Shown piece after piece: positions 31,215-40,470 of a stretch of DNA of 64,000 nt. Source of the DNA: Patescibacteria group bacterium. GTDB lineage: Bacteria; Patescibacteriota; Patescibacteriia; UBA10025; JAHIVO01. The notes below the pieces were generated by a model. It was not told where the DNA came from, made no database searches, and saw only the letters and a program-made list of their open reading frames with translations. The translations under genes were made by a program, and so were the position numbers. The number at the start of each line of letters is the position of its first letter. The first letter of the stretch is position 1. The stretch is from positions 750,503 to 814,502 of the forward strand of contig JBAZWB010000001.1 in assembly GCA_041660605.1 (NCBI GenBank), read 5' to 3'.

Positions 31215-32025
31215 AACTCTGGAACATCACTCTGCTTTTTCCAGGCACTTTTATCTTTTTTAAATCCTCCTCTTGCCATAAACGGTAAAAATCAATGTCC
31301 TTATCTGCCTGCTTGATAATCTGCCCGGCCATATCAACCCGGAAAAAAGTCGCCTTGGCATAATCAATGTCTTTTATATTACTGCCTAATACCTGCTTTA
31401 TTGTTTTTTGGATGAATGACTGCTGGTTTTGTTTTTTCTGCAATCTTACTGCTAATTGTAAAAGAGAATCACTGTCTGCAGTGGAAACGATTACTCCAAA
31501 ATGATGGAACACTGTCTGCCCTGGCCATACTGCCAAATCGCCTGGTACCAGTATATGCGAAAATTTTATAATTGAACCGCATATCTCCACCTTGATATCT
31601 GCCAGCTGTCGTTGACTGAAATTTTTTACTTTTAAAACCTGGCCAACAGTCAGGACATGCGCCAAGGCATATGAGGGCTCAAACATGAGCGCGGCCGAGT
31701 TTTCTTCCACCGCTTCCGCGTGATCAATGGCAAAACACTCAAGCAAATCCGCCGCGGTAATAACTAGCCGGCCGCGCGATTCCGCGAATTTTGCTACCTG
31801 CGATGGGAAAGCGGTAATAATGTGAGGGGAAATTTCTGTCAGGGTAACTGGCTGTCCGGTCAGAAACTTAGCTAGATTGATATCGGACTTGCATCCTGGG
31901 TGCAAAAACAAATTAACTAAAATTTTAACGGCTGAGGGTTCCAAAATAATTTTATCAAAACTTGAAAAAGACAGCCGCCGGGCAGCTTCAAGATTTTTAA
32001 TTATTTTTTGGGTATTGACTGGCAT
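31213..32025 (-). CDS. Hypothetical protein in the hydrogenase operon
   Basis: 270 aa ORF directly upstream of hypC; the segment GQTVFHHFG resembles the HypC G-D-x-V-x-x-H-x-G strand. Confidence 0.7.
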   Translation of the reverse strand: MPVNTQKIIKNLEAARRLSFSSFDKIILEPSAVKILVNLFLHPGCKSDINLAKFLTGQPVTLTEISPHIITAFPSQVAKFAESRGRLVITAADLLECFAIDHAEAVEENSAALMFEPSYALAHVLTVGQVLKVKNFSQRQLADIKVEICGSIIKFSHILVPGDLAVWPGQTVFHHFGVIVSTADSDSLLQLAVRLQKKQNQQSFIQKTIKQVLGSNIKDIDYAKATFFRVDMAGQIIKQADKDIDFYRLWQEEDLKKIKVPGKSRVMFQS

Positions 32026-32092
32026 TTTGTCATTCGAACGTTCGTCCCGTTATCCACTTTGTTTCAACGGGGCAAGTGCGAACGTTCCTATT

Positions 32093-32368
32093 TCATTTGC
32101 TGTTAATTATTTGCTTTAAAACTCCTGCATTTTTAAATTCCTTGGATAATCTATAAAACATGAATTTTCCTCTTTGCTCTTTTTCAACTACTCCCTCATG
32201 CTCTAACCTTTGTAAATGTTTTGATACGCTTTTAAAGGATAAATTAATTTTACTGCTGATATCAATAACTGAGGATTCTTTTTGTGATAATAATTTAATA
32301 ATCCCCATCCGTCTTTCATTGCCGATTACTTTAAAAACCCGGGCTAAAATTTTAGTTCTTAGGGCCAT
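32093..32368 (-). CDS. ArsR/SmtB family transcriptional regulator
   Basis: FK.IG..RR..II..L, SVSKHLQRL...G.V....G...FY.L. Confidence 0.88.
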   Translation of the reverse strand: MALRTKILARVFKVIGNERRMGIIKLLSQKESSVIDISSKINLSFKSVSKHLQRLEHEGVVEKEQRGKFMFYRLSKEFKNAGVLKQIINSK

Positions 32369-32373
32369 ATTTT

Positions 32374-33294
32374 TTATTTAATAACGTTCGAACGTTCCCA
32401 TGTAAATTTTACCATTCCCCTCATTCCTCGCCAACCTATTATGAAAGCGATTCCAATTAACATTAAAATGAAACCCCACCACTGTCCAATTGTCCATTTT
32501 ATTCCACCCTGCGCAATTAAAGTCGTTAACCCGGTAATTGGCGCGCCCAAAGCCAATACAGCCGTGGCTACGGAAGCCCTGACATATTTTAACCCATGGT
32601 AGAAAGTAACCACATATCCAAATAAAAATAAAGAAGTAATAGCAATCCATTTCCATTGTTCCGGATTATAGGTAAAGACAGCATCAACTTGCCTGGTGCA
32701 GATTAAAAAAATAAAAATGAATATTGCTCCAAAAAACATTCTGCCCCAAGCCACTACACGCGGCGATATTTCTGTCAGCGCTTTCTTGGCAATAACAATT
32801 TCTACAGCCCACAAAAGCGTAGCTAATAACACTAGCCCATCTCCCCAATTAAGCCCAACGGATTTAATTCCCAGGAATAAAACATTGCCGGCAAGCAAAG
32901 CGCCAAGGCCAAGCAATAGGCTTTTGTTAATTTTTTCTTTCAGGAAAATAATGGCCAAAAAGCCAACATAGATAAACATAGTCTTATGGATGAATGAACC
33001 CTGCGCGGCCATGGTCATTGACAACCCTTTGAAAAATAATAAAAACGGGACTGAACCGCCGATAAAACCGATCAGCCATAATTGCTTCCATTGTCTGTGT
33101 GTTAGTTTTTTTATTTCCCGCCATTCTTTAAAAACTAAAATCAATGAAAGCAAAGCCGCGCCTACGAATAAATTCTTCAGGCCGGTGAAAACATACGGAT
33201 TGGCAAATTTTACGCCCAATGCATTCACATAAATAGAAACGCCAGAAATTATGGCGGTTGATAGTACTAATAATATGCCTTTTGATTGATTCAT
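32374..33294 (-). CDS. DMT/EamA family transporter
   Basis: About 10 TMs, FLKEK, GDGLVLLA.LLWA. Confidence 0.88.
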   Translation of the reverse strand: MNQSKGILLVLSTAIISGVSIYVNALGVKFANPYVFTGLKNLFVGAALLSLILVFKEWREIKKLTHRQWKQLWLIGFIGGSVPFLLFFKGLSMTMAAQGSFIHKTMFIYVGFLAIIFLKEKINKSLLLGLGALLAGNVLFLGIKSVGLNWGDGLVLLATLLWAVEIVIAKKALTEISPRVVAWGRMFFGAIFIFIFLICTRQVDAVFTYNPEQWKWIAITSLFLFGYVVTFYHGLKYVRASVATAVLALGAPITGLTTLIAQGGIKWTIGQWWGFILMLIGIAFIIGWRGMRGMVKFTWERSNVIK

Positions 33295-33297
33295 ATT

Positions 33298-33425
33298 TAG
33301 TAATTCTTCAATTAATCAAATTACAATTTTACAAACAATCCTCAATTTTTAATTCTCAATTTTCAAACATTGAAGCATTGATTATTGGAATTTGTTTGGA
33401 AATTGCTAATTGGTTATTGGTAATT
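33298..33425. repeat. Gene-less inverted array with ~7-nt periodicity
   Basis: CAATT-type left arm; right arm CATTGATTATTGGAATTTGTTTGGAAATTGCTAATTGGTTATTGGTAATT. Confidence 0.72.
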
Positions 33426-34257
33426 ATCCATATTGTACAGTATCTCTCAGTTGCGCATACGAAAACACCGGCCCATCTTTGCAAACGTAATACGGCCCAA
33501 TGGCGCAGTGCTGGCAAGTACCCAAACCGGCGCAGTGCATCCTTCTTTCCAATGATAAATAAATATTTTCATCTTTATAACCGATTTTCGATAATTCCGG
33601 TACTACAAATCTGAACATTATCGGCGGTCCGCACAAAACTGCCGCTCCATTCTTAATAATTTCCGCTTTTTGGAAAAGCACGCCGATATTTCCTTTATAG
33701 CAGTTCATGCCTGAGTTTTTCGGTCCATCGCCGCTATCAATGGCGATCTGGATATTAAATCTTTTATTCCACTTTTTCAGCTCGTCCTTAAAAAGCACGA
33801 AGCCATAACTGCGGCAGCCGTATAAAAACTGTATCTGCCGGTTTTTTGTCTCCAACAAATCACGACTAATCATATAATTAACCAGACTCCGTAAAGGCAC
33901 GATACCCAGGCCGCCGGCGATTAATAAAATATTTTTGCCTTTCAGTTTATTCAAATCAAAGCCATTGCCGTACGGTCCGCGCAGGTCAAAGGCGTCTCCA
34001 ACTTTTAAAGCGTGCAAGCGGCTGGTAACTCTTCCCAGCTTTTGCACAGCGATGTCATAGACGTTTCTCTGCCCGGTTTTCTGGCTGGGGACAAACACGG
34101 ATTCACCATAGCCAGGAAAGGAAAAAACGAAAAATTGTCCGGGTAAATATTCCAAAGCACGGCCGCTGGCCAGTTTAAAATCAAAACATTTGATATCCGG
34201 AGCCAGTTCTTTGATCTTTAATATTTTCGCTGCTTGGTGTTCGTAGGGATTTTGCAT
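33424..34257 (-). CDS. Group 3b hydrogenase gamma subunit (FAD/NAD(P)-binding, 2Fe-2S)
   Basis: PGQF, RGPYGNGF, AGGLGIVPLRS, CGPPIM, ERRMHC..GTCQHC..CKDGPVF. Confidence 0.92.
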   Translation of the reverse strand: MQNPYEHQAAKILKIKELAPDIKCFDFKLASGRALEYLPGQFFVFSFPGYGESVFVPSQKTGQRNVYDIAVQKLGRVTSRLHALKVGDAFDLRGPYGNGFDLNKLKGKNILLIAGGLGIVPLRSLVNYMISRDLLETKNRQIQFLYGCRSYGFVLFKDELKKWNKRFNIQIAIDSGDGPKNSGMNCYKGNIGVLFQKAEIIKNGAAVLCGPPIMFRFVVPELSKIGYKDENIYLSLERRMHCAGLGTCQHCAIGPYYVCKDGPVFSYAQLRDTVQYG

Positions 34258-34263
34258 ATCTAT

Positions 34264-35262
34264 TTATTCTTTTTTAAATCGTTCCCGCTTATTTTCTTCC
34301 ATCCACTTAAAAACATCCGCGCGCTTGATGCCTACCGGACAAACCTTGTCGCAACGGCCGCAATTGACACAACCCATGATCTGAAATTCCTTCGGTGTCC
34401 TCACCCATTTATGCACGTACCAATTCTGGATGCGTTTGGCATTAGTCTTCAGAAATTTTCGGCCGCCGCCGATTTCCGAAAAATCATTATAAAAACAAGT
34501 GGTCCAATTCCTGACTCTCTGTCCGCTGTCCTTCTCTTTCGTGTCCTGCTCATCTTCAATATTGAAACAATAGCAGGTCGGACAGTCTATGGCGCACTTG
34601 CCGCAGGCCAGGCAGATTTCTCCCCAATGGTCCCAGGCTTCAGCTGACGCTTCAACAATCTGCTGGCGGTGTTTAGCCAGCATCGGGTCAATGCCTTCCT
34701 CTTTTATTAATCCGGCGAATTCTATATGCTCAAAATCTTTATAGCCGAATTTTTCCAGCGTCCTCTGCCCTTTTTCCGATCCGGTAAAGACTTTCCACTC
34801 GTCCTTCGCTGATTTCGTCAGCATGATGTCGAAGATTATATGCTCCAGAATGTCTTCCTCATATAAATCCCGCACATGCCCGCGAAAGCCAGAACCTTCA
34901 AAAAATGCCTGGCCAATAAGGAGATTTGACTGCCGTTTTTTCTGGTAATACGGATCCCTCTCAAATGTCTGGTGAAACAGCCCGACTGCTTTCAAATCCA
35001 TAATGGACATAAGGAAGCCGCACTGCGGCTTGTATTTCATGTCGGCTGGCTGCATTTTCCCTTTCTTGAAGTTAAATAAAATCTCCCGTTTTGGCAGCAG
35101 GACGGGTTTAAAAGTGTTAATGGGTATTTGATTGGAAAAATCTATTTCCTCAAGGTCATTTATTGGCTGTACATACAGTTCTTTTCCGTCCCTGACCGGC
35201 GCGTAAATCTTAAAAGTCTTTTTTAAGTGTAAAAAGAATTTATTTAATGTGTTTTTGTTCAT
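34264..35262 (-). CDS. Group 3b hydrogenase beta subunit (4Fe-4S)
   Basis: CLACGKC...CPTCYCF, R.W..C, HK, GCVNCGRCDKVCPVGI. Confidence 0.92.
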   Translation of the reverse strand: MNKNTLNKFFLHLKKTFKIYAPVRDGKELYVQPINDLEEIDFSNQIPINTFKPVLLPKREILFNFKKGKMQPADMKYKPQCGFLMSIMDLKAVGLFHQTFERDPYYQKKRQSNLLIGQAFFEGSGFRGHVRDLYEEDILEHIIFDIMLTKSAKDEWKVFTGSEKGQRTLEKFGYKDFEHIEFAGLIKEEGIDPMLAKHRQQIVEASAEAWDHWGEICLACGKCAIDCPTCYCFNIEDEQDTKEKDSGQRVRNWTTCFYNDFSEIGGGRKFLKTNAKRIQNWYVHKWVRTPKEFQIMGCVNCGRCDKVCPVGIKRADVFKWMEENKRERFKKE

Positions 35263-35349
35263 AAATATGAAATTATTATAACATAAAAATGACGTTTTTC
35301 CAAACGCGTTTCACTGTGTAAAATAAATAAATTTATGTTTTAATTCCAA

Positions 35350-35973
35350 TCAATTCTTGCTTGATACAATTAATTGCTCCATACAAAAAGTACCTGCTTT
35401 TTTTCCAAAAAAACTTGCTTTCTTAGTTTGATACACTTTAAAATTTTTCCCTTCATATAATTTTCTAGCCTGAGGATTATTAATTGAAACATCAAGAATA
35501 ACTCTCTGGCAACCTAAATTTTTTGCACTTTCCAACGCAGACTTCAAAAATGCTGATCCGATGCCTTTTTTACGATAATCTTTATCAACACACAAATTAC
35601 TTATATAATAATCGCTTGGGTCACTTGAGCGTGTAAGAATACGTTCGATAAAAAATTTATCATAAAACCAGAGTTTAAAGCTTTCAAAAAATTTAATTAC
35701 TTTGATAAAGTCTTCGTCTTCCAATAATTTTTTAACTTCTCCCCCTCTATGTGTAATCATAATACCTGTAACTTTATTATTTTCTAGGCTTACTTTTACA
35801 AATCGATAACTAAAAGTATTATGTTTAAGTTTAATACAAGATTCTATTAATGGAATTGCTTTATTTTTATTAAAACCAAATATTAAGCCAAATAATTCTA
35901 CCTCCGTATTGTATATTAATTCAGCTACTTTTTTATAATCATGTACTTTTAAATTTAGTGGAACGATTTCCAT
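35350..35973 (-). CDS. GNAT family acetyltransferase
   Basis: YISNLCV...YRKKGIGS, LDV...N..A.KLYE...F. Confidence 0.88.
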   Translation of the reverse strand: MEIVPLNLKVHDYKKVAELIYNTEVELFGLIFGFNKNKAIPLIESCIKLKHNTFSYRFVKVSLENNKVTGIMITHRGGEVKKLLEDEDFIKVIKFFESFKLWFYDKFFIERILTRSSDPSDYYISNLCVDKDYRKKGIGSAFLKSALESAKNLGCQRVILDVSINNPQARKLYEGKNFKVYQTKKASFFGKKAGTFCMEQLIVSSKN

Positions 35974-35982
35974 ATTTTATTT

Positions 35983-38856
35983 TTACAAATCGTATTTCTT
36001 GCCTTCTTTTGCCGTATTCTTGGCGATAGGAACAGTCACATGGAAAGCCGAGCCCTTGCCCAGGCCTTTGGATTCCACCCAAATCTTACCACCGTGCGCT
36101 TCCGCCAACCGGCGCGCTACGTACAGACCGAGGCCGGAGCCGTCCGGATTCACCTGGGCAATACCGAAACCGCGCACAAATTTGGTAAAAAGCTTATTTG
36201 CTTCATGCTGAGGAATGCCGCGTCCGGTATCAGCTACGATAAAATGGATAAACTCCCCTTCCTGCTTTGTGCTTAGCGTGACACTGCCCTTGTCAGTATA
36301 TTTTATGGCATTATCCGTTAGATTCATTACCACATCACCAAATTTATCGGCATCAGCCATAATTTTTGGCAGGAGTTTTGGCTCTTTTTTATAAGACAAT
36401 TTTAATTTCTTGTCATCAGCGGATTTTTGCACTACTTTCATGATATTGGCAATAATATCTTCAATCCGTAAAGGCATGCGGTTCAGCTCCATCTTGCCGG
36501 ATTCAATCTTGGTGACATTAAGAAATAAATTGATCAGCCTGATCATGCGCTGGGACTCATCAAGTAAATTCTGCAGGACTTTTTTCTGCTCTTTCGGCAC
36601 CTTGCCAAAGTCTTCCTGCAAAACCATGGACAGATAGCCCATAATGCCGGTCATCGGAGTCCTTAATTGATGTGAAGCAATGGAAACGAATTCTGATTTT
36701 GCCTGGTCCAGCTGCTGCAAGTGCACATTGGCCTCTGCTAATTCTTTATTAGTACCCTGCAGCTGGTGATACAGCTCAATGTTTCGATAGACAATGCCAG
36801 TCTGGTTGCACAAGGCTTTCATCATGGACAAATCAGTCTCTTTCAGCCCTCCCGGATCGCGGTCAAGCAGAAAATCTATGACGCCGACTATCCCCTCCTC
36901 AGAATATATCGGCACGGCAATGACCGCTTTTATATTAAGCTTAGCCTGTATCTGTTTCACTATTTCCGGAGGCACTGGCGGAGAAATAAATTCTGACAGA
37001 TCAGTACCGATCTGCACCTTGCCATGCTTGATGGCCTTAATAGAGCGAGTACTATCCTCCTTAAAATCCCCATAATATTCATTCATTGGCTTGGGCAGCA
37101 TTTTCAGCATCTCATCAATTTGTTTGCTGCGTGTTATCGCGTCAGGAAAAAGCTTATGCCGGTCTTTACCCAGAAATAACAAAATCCCCCCTAAGTATCC
37201 GAGCTCTGAAGAAATACTATCAGTAATTGCCTGTGTTACTTTTTTAAAATCCAACGTGCGTGTAATCAAATTAGTAACTTTCTGCAATGCCGACAGAAAA
37301 CGATTGTGCTCCTGCAATTGGATATTGGTACTGCGCAAGCCCTCGGTAGCCAAGGCCACTTCTTTTTTCAGTCTTTCTGTAAATTGCCGTGCTTCCTCAT
37401 ATAAACGGGATTTTTCCAGCGCCGACGCCAGTTGTGGACCGATTAATTTTAATAAATCCAAATCTTCAGAACCAAATGGATCGCCTGATAATTTCGGTCC
37501 TAAAACCAATATAGCATTCAGGTTATTACCAACCATGACTGGCGCCACCACCGCCGAGTCCAAAGCATCCAGGGCGGTTTTGGAGGCTTCTAGTTTTTTT
37601 CGTTCTGCCTCAACCTGCGTATCTTCTATTTTTCGCTCCAGCGCTTCCAATACGATAGTTTCATTTTCTTTTTTTAAATATGCAATCAACGGACTTTTAT
37701 GAGGGATTTTATTATGCAAATCCTGCCGAGCGGCCAGATCCATATCGTTTCCATTCTCATCAACAATTCTTTTGCCCTTTTCGTCTAGATTTCCCTTACG
37801 CTTGTAGAAGGCACCGCCCGCCACACCCGATAAATAGATACTGGCATTTTTTATTTTTAGTGATACTTCCAGCTTACGCGATAGAGCGTACAACAGCGTA
37901 TCCATATCAATTTCACGATTTATGATTTCTGAAAGTTCAGATAAAAGTTTCCTATAATCCACCTTTGCTTTAAAAAATAGTTGATCGGTGGCTTGGGCAA
38001 TGGATTTTTTTAGTGGATCTAAAATAAGTACAATAAAAATTGAAACAAAAATTGCTATTATTGATTTAGTTGTAATATTAACTCCTAGAATATCAGGTAA
38101 AAGGAGTGCTAAGCCAACAACAGCAGCGGAAATTAATAAAACCACGAGAGAATAGGTGATTGTTCGCAATATAACTAAGCGAATATCTAATAATTTATGT
38201 TTAATTATTGCATAAACTGACAATCCAACAAAGATTAAGGCGAATGGACTATCTAATGCTGAATATTTTTCATATCCAAGGGCAGGTAAAATTAAACTTA
38301 AAAACATCGAAATAAATCCAAAAGATGAAGTTCCAATTAAAATAAATTTATATTGAATCCGTTTCAAACGACTCCCTTTTTTATAGGCACCTAATAATAA
38401 AATAATGGGAATTATAATTGCAGAAGCGCTATAGATAGCATATAAATTAAATAGACTACCCTTTTGAAATGACGTAAATGGATTTGTTGAATCTAAATTC
38501 CCGACAACAATATAATCATTAACGAAAGGTAAAATTATAAATACAATTCCAATTATTATTACTATTAATCTTACAAGTTTATCACTTTTAGATATTCTTC
38601 CTTTAAAGTATAAAATCCAAATTATTGCAGTAATTGGTACTAGCGCTCCAAGTGAAAATGTTAATCTTAAAATGTAATAATTTATTACTACCCTTAATAA
38701 AAAATTTGAAAAAATCCATATACCCGTAATAAAGGCAAAAATTGCCAACGATATATTGATTTTATTTTTTTTATTTCTTCGCCAAACAAGTGCAGCAAGA
38801 AAAATATTTGCCAATGAAGCAATTAGCGTTAATAATGCGACCAAAAAAGTAACCAT
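35983..38856 (-). CDS. Sensor histidine kinase: HisKA_7TM-like membrane region, two GAF domains, HisKA and HATPase
   Basis: About 9 hydrophobic N-terminal segments; GPKLSGDPF..EDL.LL GAF end; SIASHQLRTP H-box; NAIKY, DTGRGI, GSGLGL. Confidence 0.92.
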   Translation of the reverse strand: MVTFLVALLTLIASLANIFLAALVWRRNKKNKINISLAIFAFITGIWIFSNFLLRVVINYYILRLTFSLGALVPITAIIWILYFKGRISKSDKLVRLIVIIIGIVFIILPFVNDYIVVGNLDSTNPFTSFQKGSLFNLYAIYSASAIIIPIILLLGAYKKGSRLKRIQYKFILIGTSSFGFISMFLSLILPALGYEKYSALDSPFALIFVGLSVYAIIKHKLLDIRLVILRTITYSLVVLLISAAVVGLALLLPDILGVNITTKSIIAIFVSIFIVLILDPLKKSIAQATDQLFFKAKVDYRKLLSELSEIINREIDMDTLLYALSRKLEVSLKIKNASIYLSGVAGGAFYKRKGNLDEKGKRIVDENGNDMDLAARQDLHNKIPHKSPLIAYLKKENETIVLEALERKIEDTQVEAERKKLEASKTALDALDSAVVAPVMVGNNLNAILVLGPKLSGDPFGSEDLDLLKLIGPQLASALEKSRLYEEARQFTERLKKEVALATEGLRSTNIQLQEHNRFLSALQKVTNLITRTLDFKKVTQAITDSISSELGYLGGILLFLGKDRHKLFPDAITRSKQIDEMLKMLPKPMNEYYGDFKEDSTRSIKAIKHGKVQIGTDLSEFISPPVPPEIVKQIQAKLNIKAVIAVPIYSEEGIVGVIDFLLDRDPGGLKETDLSMMKALCNQTGIVYRNIELYHQLQGTNKELAEANVHLQQLDQAKSEFVSIASHQLRTPMTGIMGYLSMVLQEDFGKVPKEQKKVLQNLLDESQRMIRLINLFLNVTKIESGKMELNRMPLRIEDIIANIMKVVQKSADDKKLKLSYKKEPKLLPKIMADADKFGDVVMNLTDNAIKYTDKGSVTLSTKQEGEFIHFIVADTGRGIPQHEANKLFTKFVRGFGIAQVNPDGSGLGLYVARRLAEAHGGKIWVESKGLGKGSAFHVTVPIAKNTAKEGKKYDL

Positions 38857-40083
38857 CTACTTTAAAATTTTATATTTCTTCCCAAGTTTTTCAACGCATT
38901 CAAGAAGGTAATCTATATGTTTGCGTTCATGTAATGATGTAATGATATACCTTAGTCTTGCCATCCCCTTTGGAACTGCAGGCCATCTCATTGGGGGCAC
39001 ATAAATACCTAAATTAAATAAATCGTTAGAAAATTTGATTGCCACGCTTTCATTACCAATTAACATTGGAATAAGTGGTGTTTTAGTTTCAAGAGTATTA
39101 TAACCAATTTGATTTAATTTCTGAATTAAATAATTTGTATTATCCCATAATTTAGCAATTCTTTGCTGGCCTTCAACTGAATTTAAAATTTCAAGAATTT
39201 TCAATCCTCCCTCAGCGATTGAGGTCAAATATGTTCTAGAAAAAATATACGTCCTAGCTGTTACTTTTAAAAAATCAATTATCTCTTTTTTTGCACAGAC
39301 ACAACCACCGATCATACCAAATCCTTTTGATAAAGATGCGATATATATATCGACACCTTCATTTAAATTATAGAATTCCATTATACCTTTACCATGTTTA
39401 CCTAGTACTCCAATTGAGTGGGCATCATCAACTGCTAACAAACAATTATATTTCCTTGATAGCTTGACCATGGCTGGTAAATTTATTATATGGCCATCCA
39501 TACTAAATACCCCATCTGTCACAATTAAATTTCTTTTAGTTCTACCTTGTTTCAATTTATTTTCAAGGTCTTGTAAATCTAAATGATTATAGATAACTGT
39601 ATCATTTTTTGAAATTCGGCAACCATCAACTATTGTTGCATGATTTAATTCATCACTAAATATCGTTGTTTTTGTGTTACCAACATATAATTTTACAAAA
39701 AATAAAAAACTTTCTACAGGCAAATTTGTAATTGCCGGTATAACACCAGTATTAACAGCGGTAGTCGAACTAAATAAAATACAATCATCGTAGCCAAAAA
39801 AAATTGCCAATTCCTTTTCAAATTTTTCGTGAATTTTCCATAAACCTCCAACGAGTGGTGAATTAGAAGGATGTATCCCATATTTTAATATCGAATTTGC
39901 AACAATCTTTTTAATTTCAGGATGAGCAGATAAACCTAAATAATTACACGAATTAAAAGTTAATACCCTACTACCTTTCATCGTAAAAACGGGATCTTCA
40001 CTATTATCATCGATAACAGTCATAATCTCCGGATATAACCCCCCTTTATTGATCACCTTGAGTAATTTTTTAATTGTTTCCAT
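38857..40083 (-). CDS. PLP-dependent alpha-oxoamine synthase family enzyme (BioF/Kbl/Spt/CqsA-like)
   Basis: NYLGLS, DELNHA, DGVFSMDG, DDAH, SLSKGFG (PLP lysine), PAVP.G.ARLR. Start moved to 40083. Confidence 0.9.
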   Translation of the reverse strand: METIKKLLKVINKGGLYPEIMTVIDDNSEDPVFTMKGSRVLTFNSCNYLGLSAHPEIKKIVANSILKYGIHPSNSPLVGGLWKIHEKFEKELAIFFGYDDCILFSSTTAVNTGVIPAITNLPVESFLFFVKLYVGNTKTTIFSDELNHATIVDGCRISKNDTVIYNHLDLQDLENKLKQGRTKRNLIVTDGVFSMDGHIINLPAMVKLSRKYNCLLAVDDAHSIGVLGKHGKGIMEFYNLNEGVDIYIASLSKGFGMIGGCVCAKKEIIDFLKVTARTYIFSRTYLTSIAEGGLKILEILNSVEGQQRIAKLWDNTNYLIQKLNQIGYNTLETKTPLIPMLIGNESVAIKFSNDLFNLGIYVPPMRWPAVPKGMARLRYIITSLHERKHIDYLLECVEKLGKKYKILK

Positions 40084-40156
40084 GTATTTTGTTTTTAATA
40101 GTGATTGATAATTACTTAAAATATTGTGAAAATAAAATTGTAACAAAGTTTAATTT

Positions 40157-40185
40157 ATCATACCACATTTTTCATCTTTTTGCAA
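40157..40185 (-). promoter_or_regulatory. sigma70 promoter of the synthase-kinase-GNAT operon
   Basis: TTGCAA-17 nt-TATGAT with an extended TG. Confidence 0.65.
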
Positions 40186-40470
40186 GTCCAATTATCAAAC
40201 AAAAAACCCAAATCTCGACTAATAATTGGGCATTTCTGAAAGAAAATTGAATTCATTATTTTTCTTTTTATTTTTCTGTTGCCTTTATTTTAGCACAAAA
40301 TTGCTAACCTATAAATACCAAAAAAACAAGCATCTTTGCCTGTGACCGCCCTTTATGCTATTAAATAATAATAATATTAATACTACATTTGCACGTACGT
40401 ACTATTCTTCAAATATTATATTAATAAATAAAATAATTTAGTCTGATAAAAAATAGCCAAAATACCTTAT

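Noticed and set aside
33258-33614. 118-aa plus-strand ORF and the many other short antisense ORFs in the track
   Set aside because: They are shadows of well-supported opposite-strand genes or translations of periodic repeats.
38857-40083. Calling this gene bioF (biotin synthesis)
   Set aside because: The family motifs do not distinguish BioF from Kbl/Spt/CqsA, and no other bio genes are adjacent, so it is left unnamed.
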